Assembly: GCA_964016885.1 (NCBI GenBank)
Contig: OZ024741.1
Location: forward strand, 87,172,001 to 87,236,000
Length of the DNA: 64,000 nucleotides
Source of the DNA: Eledone cirrhosa
Lineage: Eukaryota
Reading direction: 5' to 3'
Part shown: positions 50,790-60,789 of the stretch, piece by piece
Position numbering within the stretch: the first letter of the stretch is position 1
Layout of the letters: each line of letters begins with the position of its first letter
Position numbers and translations under genes: made by a program
The notes under the pieces: model-generated
The model's input: only the letters and a program-made list of their open reading frames with translations
Told to the model about the DNA's origin: nothing
Database searches by the model: none

Positions 50790-52065
50790 ATTTTCTTTAC
50801 GTTTTGGGGGTTTCTTTTTTTTGTTTTTGTTTTTCTCTGTTTGTTTTTCTCGTTGTGCTGCTTTGGTTTTGTTGTTTGTTTTTTCTTTTTTCTTTTGGGT
50901 CTATCTATATATTTTGATGCCTTCCTCTTTGGTAGTAGTAGGAATTCTATAATGTGGAAGTAGCAACCAGCAGGGAAGTGGGAGACTGGCGGCGTTAGCG
51001 ATACTGAGACAGTGGTGGTGGTGATGTCGATACCGAGGCAGTGGTGGCGGTGATGTGACCGTATTACTGTAGTGATGGTGCTGTAGCGGAGTCAAGGGGT
51101 GGTGGCGGCGGTGATGGGATAGTGGTGGTAATGATGGCCGTAGTGAGCGGTGGCGGTGAAGGTGAAAATGTGTCGTTATCTGGCTGTTGTGTTTAGTGTA
51201 CACAGATGATGGGGTGGGTGGTGTATCTAGTTTCTGGTGTTGGTGAGTTTAGCTGTCCTATATAGTGTAGCCAGAGGAGAGGAGGGGAGGGGTTCTTCTT
51301 CCATTTATAGCCATTTTTTTTTTGGGATATACAGTGTACAATACAAAGTTGAATATTTGAATATTTGAGCCTTATAACAATATATTTTCTTTACGTTTTG
51401 AGCCTTATAACAATATATTTTCTTTACGTTTTGAGCCTTATAACAATATATTTTCTTTACGTTTTTGGGGTTTCTTTTTTTTTGTTTTTGTTTTTCTCTG
51501 TTTGTTTTTCTCGTTTTTTGCTGTTGTTGCTGTGCTGCTTTGGTTTTGTTGTTTGTTTTTTCTTTTTTCTTTTGGGTCTATCTATATATTTTGATGCCTT
51601 CCTCTTTGTTAGTAGTAGGAATTCTATAATGTGGAAGTAGCAGCCAGCAGGGAAGTGGGAGACTGGCGGCGTTAGCGATACTGAGACAGTGGTAGTGGTG
51701 ATGTCGATACCGAGGCAGTGGTGGCGGTGATGTGACCGTATTACTGTAGTGATGGTGCTGTAGCGGAGTCAAGGGGTGGTGGCGGCGGTGATGGGATAGT
51801 GGTGGTAATGATGGCCGTAGTGAGCGGTGGCGGTGAAGGTGAAAATGTGTCGTTATCTGGCTGTTGTGTTTAGTGTACACAGATGATGGGGTGGGTGGTG
51901 TATCTAGTTTCTGGTGTTGGTGAGTTTAGCTGTCCTATATAGTGTAGCCAGAGGAGAGGAGGGGAGGGGTTCTTCTTCCATTTATAGCCATTTTTTTTTT
52001 TGGATATACAGTGTACAATACAAAGTTGAATATTTGAATATTTGAGCCTTATAACAATATATTTT
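50790..52065 (-). repeat. ~0.6-kb direct tandem duplication (677-bp offset) with two 33-bp junction repeats at 51389-51454
   Basis: Near-identical 100-aa ORFs at 50901 and 51578; the unit ctttacgttttgagccttataacaatatatttt occurs twice between the copies. Confidence 0.92.
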
Positions 52066-52211
52066 GGGTCCGAATTTTTTGGGGCTCAAGCCGGGTGCTT
52101 TACGTAGCATTTGTGCTAAGAGTTGTTATTTCACAAATGGTTTAAATATGTTAAAAATTCAAAACTTACGGGAGCGATTTCATGACCTCCGTCACCTCGT
52201 GCGTCTTCTTC

Positions 52212-52212
<1 letters not shown>

Positions 52213-52293
<81 letters not shown>

Positions 52294-52312
52294 GTTGTTG
52301 TTGTTGTTATTA
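52213..52312 (+). repeat. (ATT)n/(GTT)n microsatellite, right remnant of the insertion target
   Basis: Long att run ending in gtt variants. Confidence 0.95.
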
Positions 52313-52756
52313 ATAGTCTCTAATACTCAAACATCTCAATAAAAGAAATCTCTCAGGGAAGCAATATTATATATTATAATCAAAAGTGAAAAAACTCTAA
52401 TTATGGGAGTATAAACAAGACAGACAAAAACATTTTTCTATCTGACCTCGCTTATATATATTGATCACCCTATCATGGTTCCGTATGGGGAAGAATTATT
52501 ATTGGAACTACCAATAATTGAAGAATCCGCCATACTCTTCAGGGAGTTTAATTCTTCAAGTGTAAGGGAAATGGAACAAGATATAATACATACTGTTTCC
52601 AAAGCTGAGGCAGCCCGGTGGAATAATAACATGCGTAGTGTTACGTTGTCAAATCTCTTAAAATATTATGACTACTTGACAGGCTTATAATGTCGCTAGA
52701 AATAGCAGCCTAAACACTGTGAGGTTCAGTTCGACAAATTGTGGAGCAGTTTAATA

Positions 52757-52801
<45 letters not shown>

Positions 52802-53495
52802 TTGTACTGAAGGCACGACAATATTCTAATTTTACCTTTTTCACGAGGGGAATTTCATATTTTCGTATGAATCACTTGAAGGTTATTAGAAACAATGAAG
52901 TTTCTGAAGTGTTTTCGGCTCCTATTGTGCATCGTTTATGGTGGGTGAAAATGTTTTTTTGAGATCTTTCAGTTAACCACACGCTCATATGTTTATCTTA
53001 TATATCTAACTCTCTCTCTCCCTTTCACTTTTGCTTTTTTTCTCTCTATTAGTTCTATATTAGGAAAATTCATTTATAGAGGTTGTTGATTCTGTCGGCA
53101 ATTATTGTATATTATGTGACCTAATATTATAGTGAGATATATGAGTTGAGGTATTTAAAACAGGTAAATGAAATAAATAAATAAATATATTTAAAAATGT
53201 GATTATACTGGTGTGTAGAAGCATCAGATAGTGTCATCTACTTTTCTTTGTGCAATCTCGATTGCAATTGATATAAGAAACATTAACATAAATTACCAAC
53301 AGCAAATGCCATTTCTACCAGATGCTGCAAAAATAGACAAAAGTTGAGATAACATTGGTAGCAGATTTAGATGACATGCAGAAGATAAAGAAATTCGAAA
53401 TTGAAGTTCTATCCCCTGTAGCAAGTCAAATTTCTCTTTATCAGAAAGATGTTAATGTTGAAATTAGATTATATGTAATAACGTGATATAATAGT

Positions 53496-53497
<2 letters not shown>

Positions 53498-53572
<75 letters not shown>

Positions 53573-53700
53573 GTGTGTGTGTGTTTTGTATATAGCTATG
53601 TCGGAGCTGTATATATATATATATATATATATGTGTGGATGTATATTTTCGCGGCCTACTTATTATTATCAACACACACACACACACACACGCCCCCCCA
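53498..53700. repeat. (TA)n, (TG)n and (CA)n microsatellite cluster
   Basis: Directly visible dinucleotide runs; another (TA)n lies at ~52763-52798. Confidence 0.9.
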
Positions 53701-54687
53701 CACACCTATGCAGAAGTAATACCATGTTTTAGTTTTTCCTTACACAGGTGTCATACATACAACTAGCATTACACTGAGAAACAGAGACATCTACGTTGTC
53801 GCACGTCTTGTTTATAATAGGAGCCAAATTACTTTCAATTCACACTACTTTCTTAAACAAAGTGAAAGCCTTATTGGCTAATCTGGTCCGAGATACACAG
53901 TGTAGAGCTTGTCACGGCTGGGTTGTCTTTTGGTTCAGAGCTGAACTGGGATTAGATAACAACAGATACATTGAGATGATTAATGGCAATAGTTGTAGAT
54001 TTTAGAAATAATTTTCCTGTTATTTATATATAAATTTGAGCGACTTCCGTCCGTCCTTCCGTCACACACTAGAGATGACTGAAGAAGGAAGGGGTCATGA
54101 CGTCACACACCAGATATGATTGAGGAAGGAAGGTGTGATGACAAACTACAGAAAACAGCGTCTAACATTCACTACTTGTGTTTACAAATTACATATCCGC
54201 GTCAGCGTGTTGAAAAACATTCTAGTGAATGATATTTCTACAAGAGTTATTTCTTTCGCTTTCTTCGTTCACAATTCAGTATCATCTCCCATATTTGATA
54301 TCAACTTGTTTCTTCTGTTCCTTAACAAACAATCCAGTTGGAGAAGCTTTCATATATCGACAGATGCTGTGAATATCATGCTATCGCTAACAACTCTCTG
54401 AGAAAAAAAGAATAAAAGGAAATGTGAAGAGAATACATATATGTAGAAGAAAACAACAATAAAGACAGTTTAGGTACCATTTTAATTTCAGGCCACTTTG
54501 TTGCATGTGAATCCCTCTTTAATATGAACATTCTACTGATATGAACATTCTACTGATATGAACAGCAAAATACTATAGCAATTATTATATTATTCACTGG
54601 GACTAACGACAATAAGTAACCTATGCCACCTCTACTCTAATGATATGAACCTGTATAATGTGGGAGAATGATCTCAGGTGTACAGAA

Positions 54688-54840
54688 CCGCTGGCGCAAT
54701 CCACCTCGTGGTCCCAGCGGACAGAATGGAGAAAGTGTTATCCCGGAAGATAGCGAATGAGTCGTATTAAAATAGCCATTCCAACTCGCGTGGCTGACTC
54801 CTGCCGGTGGATAATTCCGCTCCGGTAGCAGTGAGTTCGG
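54688..54840 (+). ncRNA. GC-rich structured element; candidate degenerate HDV-like ribozyme plus downstream stems, probably a retroelement 5' relic
   Basis: GCTGG/CCAGC stem, CCA-CCTCG-TGG hairpin, GG, TATC/GATA stem, then GCGAATGAG. Further stems GAGTC/GACTC, AGCCA/TGGCT and CTGCCGG/CCGGTAG. Confidence 0.35.
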
Positions 54841-55084
54841 TGAACAAGAATGCCGGAAGTTTCCACTACTATAGGTTCAATGACAATTGTGAGATTATGT
54901 TTCAATATGAGCATTTGAATTTAGTCCCTTTAAACATCGTAACGACATAATTTGCTTCACATATGATTGACATAGACTTGTACCTAAACCTTTCTACATA
55001 GAAGCAGATTACGACTAAAAGATTACAACTCAGCCCATGCTATACCTCACAATTTCTATCGATCTCTTTTGCGGTTCATACTTA

Positions 55085-55165
55085 CATAACTTAACGTGGA
55101 CGAAGTTTTGGATGTATGGTTAAGAAGCCAACTTCACAGACACGAAGCTCCGACTTTCAAATTAG
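55085..55165 (+). mobile_element. Possible highly degenerate tRNA-derived SINE head
   Basis: tggatgtatggttaagaag resembles an A-box-type TGG..TGGTTAAG head; the B box is poorly preserved. Confidence 0.2.
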
Positions 55166-55309
55166 ATTTCATGTCTACAACGGAATGTTTTTGCACAAGA
55201 AATATCACATCCATGCCCCCCCCCCCCCACACACACAGCCAGGGAGGCTTAACAAGGAGATTCTTTTATAATTACAGCATTCTCTCTTGTCTCCTTTTTT
55301 GAAAATGGA

Positions 55310-56640
55310 ATTATCACTCTCGATTGTCATTGCTTTGGTACCTTTCCAGAGTTCTAAGCCACTCGGCACACTCGAGTCAGCCAAAACCTACCTTCTTATT
55401 TAAAGCTATTAACATCACTGGTCGAATTTCATTCTCCTCAAAGGCCTTGTCACATTTGAGCGCATTTATTGCTCTGTAGAAATCAGCCTCCTAAAAGTTA
55501 GTTTTCACTCCTAGATGCATCTCATGTACATCAGAAGATGCTATTGTGACGGTATTTAGGAGATCAGAAAAGTATTCCTTCCACCTTTCGAGACTAGTTG
55601 CTGATAGTAGATGTGGAGGGGAACTTCCCAACTCGAGGTGGTGGATGGTCTGCCAGAATACTTTATTTGATGATCTAAAGTCGGGTTTCTGCTTAACCAC
55701 AAAGTCCTCCCATGTATTAACCTTGGATGCCTTAACACTCTCTGCTGCGACTTTTCGAGCCTGCTTGTACCGCATGTGCAAGATGGAAGACTTATTTCCA
55801 AGCCAAGCTTTGTAAGCCACCTTCTTCACTCGGATGACATCTTGAACACCCTGGTTCAACCAGGGTGTCTTCTTTTCACATAACAGCACACTAAGCTGCT
55901 TTCGCTTACAGCATTTAAAAGCTGATCCCAAACACTCATGCGTAACAGTTTCCCTCCGTTTTAACGTCCTCAGTTTATTCAGGGAGTTCTCTGAATTTGT
56001 ATGCAGCAGTATCCGCATACCCAGTCCTAACTCTTTCATCAGCCACCACTTCCCATTTTATTTTGTAGGTCAAACTGGACCTGCCAGATTTGTGGGGTTT
56101 TGGCTTTAGGTCGCCTCAGGCTGCATAACAATATAGTAATCAGAACATCCAACAGAGAATCAAAGATATTAGAGACAGTAGAAAATCAATTACTGATCTC
56201 TATCTCCGATTTTCCTTATATCATGTTGGACTTTCTTTCAGTGTAAACAAGAAGAGGCAAATCCTCTCTTCTATGGGAGTCATTCCATAACACATTTCAA
56301 CAAGCGGAGACATGAGTATTCCCACTATTCCTGCGTGTGCAGTTCTTTCTGGCACCACAGCTGAATAGGGAACTTTCCATCTTCCATTCCAAATCCACAT
56401 TATAAGAGCCTCAAAACATTGTTGAGAGCATCATGGTTATCTCTAGCAGGCAACATCTGTAACATCTGGCTCCTTCTACTTGTTTGCTCTTTACTTGAAA
56501 AGGTTGTAACGTTCCAGTTGCCAATTGTTGACCCTATCTCTTTGGGATATCTGGTTACGCAACCTTTGTGCGTTCATCCCAAACCTCCCAGAACAAGTCC
56601 CAGGCCAATTGCAAATTTCTCTGGAGTTAAATGAAGACTG
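55310..56640 (-). mobile_element. Degenerate RTE-clade (Rex3/Expander-like) LINE fragment, from the endonuclease start to the RT N-terminus
   Basis: IGNWNVTTF near 56530, WKVPYSAVV..AHAG, and ORF 55491-56039 (TPWLNQGV..KKVAYKAWL..RYKQARK..WEDF..FWQTI..RWKEYFSDLLN). Many disruptions. Confidence 0.8.
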
Positions 56641-56690
56641 CAATATATTTATAGCAGTATCCTCTGTCTAAAACCTGGCCACGTCCCTTC

Positions 56691-57614
56691 TTACCTTGCG
56701 TGAAGGGCGATGTGGTAAAATCGCTTTGAAATGTTTATATAAGTTAGCCCGTCCAGAGGCACGCGTTGTGGGATATTCGCTATTCGTTCTGGGCTCATTT
56801 GCACCAGAACTTCTACGGTGGTCCCACCAAATACACCTCCGGAGGACTTTCCTATTGAAATTATCTTGTCTTCGTCAAAGTTAATTATTCCACATAGTAT
56901 CCACCAAATATTTACATTTGGTGTGATACTCATTATTTTTATTCTTTGTGTCCTTTTTCCCCTGTATGTGAGGTAAAAGGTGAAGCGGGGACACACAATG
57001 GGTGCTACCGAGTACTTTTGAGCTGTTGACTGGTTGTTCATTAGCACCGAAATGCTACCAAACAGTTTACCTTTTTGTATGAAGGTTAAGTCCTTCATTG
57101 CATCTTTTAGAACCAGCTCAATTTCATTTTGTGATAATTGAGCTGGTTTTCTTGTTTCGTTCGATATTGTCCTGAAAACCACAGTTTTCAGGACAGCCTC
57201 TCTACGTAATTCCTGTGGAGAATTGATGCTAAAAGCACCGTTTTCGCCAAAAGTCACGAATTGTTTTGCGTCTTGTAATAGTTGTTTAGCATTTGTTATG
57301 TCTATTGGCGTGTATAGTTCGTTTTTTTTTACGGTCTGTGCGAATGTTGTTTTGGTGGTGTTGTCTTTTTTGTTACTGTCACTGTTGGTAATATTGGTGT
57401 TGCTATTGTTGCAGTTGTTGGTTGTGGTGTTATTATTCTTGTTGTTGGTGCTGGTATTATTTACCGGGTTTGGTTTCGTGGTTTCGATATATTTCACGTT
57501 TTTCGATGATGCGAGGGGGGAAGGCTGCAAGCTTTGTACTCCTACCTTCCCTCCACCACTTTTCTTAGTGGGCGTGGCACTCACGACAGTGTGCGAGGTG
57601 GAAATGGCATCCAT
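56691..57614 (-). mobile_element. Orphan Tx1-like ORF1 (uninterrupted 307 aa from ATG 57614; 5'UTR to ~57803), no ORF2
   Basis: Collinear similarity to ORF1 at 41579-42400: Asn/Thr tract, TFAQTVK vs SFARVAK, KTVVFRTI vs CTVSYRTI, YRGKRTQRIKI vs YCGQRLVKIRV, INIWW vs IEIPW, IANIPQRVPL vs IEEIPEVIDL. Zinc knuckle absent. Confidence 0.8.
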
Positions 57615-57804
57615 TACCACCAAGTCTACAGTTTTTAGATGAAAATTGAAAATTTCGCCCCAGAAAGGGGCGAAAATTAATTGACTCAACGTCTGACGGC
57701 CCAGGCAAGGGGTTAAACTAAACAATGTTATTAAATTGAGCAATAAACTCACAGTTTTTTTTGACAACAATCCGTAAAAATCCGGAGCAAAGTAAATCAC
57801 GTCT

Positions 57805-58214
57805 ATATCAAGTGGTAATTGATATAGAGGAAGGTTGGGAGAGTGTGTTGTATATTAGATATAGAGAAGGGGGGCGATTGATGTTTATTGATATATATAG
57901 AGGAATTTGAAGAGAGTTCCGTGTAGCAGATATACAGAGGGGGAGAGTTTGTCGTTAATTGATATAGAGAGAGGGATTGGAAGAGAGTTCCGTATAGTAG
58001 ATATAGAAAGGGGGAGATTTTGGTAGTGATGGATAAAGTGAAGGGAAATGAGAGACAGTGTTGTATAGGAGATATAGAGAAGGGGGAGAGTTTGGTAGTG
58101 ATGGATTGAGTGAGAAGGAATGAGTGAGAGAGTTGTATGGTAGATATATAGAGGGGGATAGTGTGGTGGTTATTGATATAGTGAGGGGCGTTGGAAGAGT
58201 GTATTGTATATCAG

Positions 58215-58288
<74 letters not shown>

Positions 58289-58545
58289 ATGTTTATTGAT
58301 ATAGAGAGGGGGAGAGTTTGGTGTTAATTGATATAGAGAGGGGGGTTGGGAGAGTATTTTGTATGGTTGATGTAGGATTGATAGAGATAGGTATTGATAG
58401 ATATAGAGAGGGGGAGAGTTTGGTAGTGATAGAGTGAGAGGGAATGAGAGAGTGTTATATGGTAGATATAGAGAGGGGGAGAGTTTGGTTTTAATTGATA
58501 TTGGTTTTAATTGAGACGGGTATTGGAAGAGAGTGCTGTATCAAT
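57805..58545 (+). repeat. Purine-rich degenerate minisatellite (gatatagagagggggagagtttg-type units) containing (GA)n at ~58219-58285
   Basis: Recurrent gatatagag...ggagagtttg motifs. Confidence 0.85.
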
Positions 58546-58762
58546 ATGAATCACTTACAATAAAATTTCGCCGGAGATAGATGAACAAAATTTAACAAGC
58601 GGTGGGTGCGGTGGGGGTAGGGTGGTGGTGCAATAAAAACCGAGGTGGTGGGATCTGCCAAATTAATAAGTTGGGGTTGGGAACGATTATTCAATACCTG
58701 AGAGGACATGAATTATTGACGGACATAAGAATGAAAACTCAATACCGTAGTAGAGTTTAAAT

Positions 58763-58911
58763 ATTCATTTATTATGGTTAAGCCTTGTTACTCTGGAGTC
58801 TCACTTGCGTACTCACAGGATCATCAGATAAGACTGGTGATCCTGTGAGTTGTGAGTGAGCAGGTGAAACTTTAGAGTAACAAGGCTCACCTATAACTAT
58901 AATAAATGAAT
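58763..58911. ncRNA. Inverted pair of Penelope-type minimal hammerhead ribozyme motifs (degenerate)
   Basis: Plus strand: CTGGTGA-TCCTG...CAGGT-GAAAC-TTTAGA-GTA (58834-58879). Minus strand: CTGATGA-TCCTG...CAAGT-GAGAC-TCCAGA-GTA (58827-58789). The consensus of the two restores CUGAUGA...GAAAC-UCUAGA-GUA. Confidence 0.65.
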
Positions 58912-59019
58912 GTATATATATAAATTGAGTATACTACCAGTTTCTTACCAAATGCGAAGAAGCTCGATATATTAACCCCTTAGGGCACAGAGCATCATTT
59001 TTTAAAAATTACATATATA

Positions 59020-59841
59020 CAGTGGCGATGAAAGTGGTGGTGGGGGGATGCCTCCTCCAATAATTATATTTTCTCCCCAAAACTACCAAAACACATCAAT
59101 TTGGATATGCGCTAGAATTTATGTACATGTTATGTTTATCGCATATCGAAGTTTTCTTACCATTTTAGAGTACAAAGAGCTAAACTAAACACTACAACTA
59201 AATTGTCCAAATGTGACCCCAGCCCCAACCCCATGCAGAAATACCTCCACCGCTCCTGCTAATACACCTGAAATAAAATTTGACTGAGGGATAAATGCAG
59301 GCAGAAAGACGATTCAAAATTTCATTTAGTTTGTCTTTTTCTCGGCAAAGGTTTTAACCAATTCAGCTAAACCAAGTGATGAATCCAGAGCATGTTCAAT
59401 TGATATAGTTGCCAGGCTAACTAGTCTCTCTTGCAACATTGTAGAGTGAATGTTAGATTTTATAAGCTTGAACTTTGAGAAACAACTCTCACCATTTGCC
59501 ACTGATACTGGAAGTGTGAGAAGGATTCTCAATGCAATAGGAACATTAGGGAAATTATCCAAAGGTTTTTGTCCGAAAAACTCGTGGCCTATAAAAGCGT
59601 AATTGCGTCCTGGAAGTTTTATATATGCGCGATTTCCACTCACTCATTTTGCTTGTTCTGGTCTAACTGAATCTACCCGATTATTTGTCCCTGTATAAAA
59701 TAAACCACGATAAAAACGCCCTTCAATAAAACGGAAATTTCTTTATTTATTTTAAAAAATTGTTGTTGATTTGGAGAAATGCGCCCCGTGAAATCAGCGC
59801 CCTAGGCGGTTGCCTAGTTTGCTTATATGGTAGCACCGGCC

Positions 59842-59844
<3 letters not shown>
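59020..59844 (-). mobile_element. Internally deleted hAT DNA transposon derivative with the C-terminal dimerisation-domain fragment (59326-~59560)
   Basis: FPNVPIALRILLTLPVSVANGESCFSKFKLIKSNIHSTMLQERLVSLATISIE is the hAT dimerisation motif. Terminus CAGGGCCGGTGCTA at 59844 (-); CAGTGGCG at 59020 is the possible other end. Confidence 0.8.
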
Positions 59845-59881
<37 letters not shown>

Positions 59882-59949
59882 TCAGCAGAGTTTTCTGTCG
59901 AAGCGGCAAGAGCGCAGCCGTCGAGCCCAGCTCTCTAATTATATATACA

Positions 59950-60043
<94 letters not shown>

Positions 60044-60089
60044 TGTATATATAATTAGAGAGCCTCACTTCCATATTTCTTATATTTTG

Positions 60090-60122
<33 letters not shown>

Positions 60123-60139
60123 TGTATATATAATTAGAG
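59845..60139. repeat. (TA)n tracts with a palindrome (59931-60062) and a short direct duplication (60041/60120)
   Basis: ctctctaattatatatacatgc-(TA)n-gcatgtatatataattagagag; gcatgtatatataattagagagcctcacttccatatttcttatattttgtt occurs twice. Confidence 0.85.
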
Positions 60140-60428
60140 AGCCTCACTTCCATATTTCTTATATTTTGTTCTCAAATCCATATTTAATTTTAAAAAAACA
60201 AAAAAACACCATGTTTTATTCATTCTGACGACTGAAAACAGATATATCTGCTTTCAAGAAACCACTGGCAAATTATATATATATATATATATAATTTGCC
60301 AGTGGTTTCTTGAAAGCAGATATATCTGTTTTCAGTCGTCAGAATGAATAAAACATGGTGTTTTTTTGTTTTTTTTAAAATTAAATATGGATTTGAGAAC
60401 AAAATATAAGAAATATGAAAGTGAGGCT
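60140..60428. repeat. ~290-bp near-perfect palindrome centred on (TA)n; each arm carries a hammerhead-like motif
   Basis: The arms are reverse complements. CTGACGA (60225)-stem-GAAACCACTGGCA (60258-60270) has its mirror at 60298-60342. Confidence 0.9.
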
Positions 60429-60438
60429 GAGGAAACAA

Positions 60439-60464
60439 CGGGCAAAGAAGAAGAGAAAAAGAAT

Positions 60465-60532
<68 letters not shown>

Positions 60533-60752
60533 TATATATATATAAACAATAAATATATAAACACACACACACTCAACCACGCGCGTATACTTAAAAGTAC
60601 GTAGACGTATACTTTATCACATAAGCGTATATGTAACTACAGACATGGACAAAATACATACACATACATATACATGAAATAATAAGAATAAATAAATAAA
60701 TGAATAAGAACAAAAAATACCAAGTCAAAAATAAAATAAAGACAAAGGATAC
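60439..60752 (-). repeat. Inverted copy of 63746-64000 (Penelope-like terminal region)
   Basis: e.g. cgtatacttaaaagtacgtagacgtatactttatcacataagcg is the reverse complement of ~63870-63915. Confidence 0.9.
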
Positions 60753-60789
60753 GTGTCGCACACATCATAAAATAAAGACAAAGGATACT

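Larger units (their letters stand above)
47014..52212 (-). mobile_element. R4-clade (Dong/Rex6-like) non-LTR retrotransposon with a long 5' leader, inserted in (TAA)n
   Basis: Single RT + zinc knuckle + restriction-like endonuclease ORF, short 3'UTR, and (TAA)n on both sides on its own strand (the known target of Dong elements). Assigning 50487-52212 to this element is inferred. Confidence 0.85.

Noticed and set aside
50901-51880. Duplicated 100-aa His/Pro-rich ORFs as genes
   Set aside because: Low-complexity translations of the duplicated retroelement leader, with non-ATG starts.
52440-54010. Upstream TM1-TM2 exon of the GPCR
   Set aside because: The minus-strand stretches I translated show no GN..V or LAxxD motif in an open frame; an AVGNLC match is followed immediately by a stop.
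54522-54564. 17-bp tandem repeat (atatgaacattctactg, ~2.4 copies)
   Set aside because: Ordinary local slippage duplication with no evidence of function.
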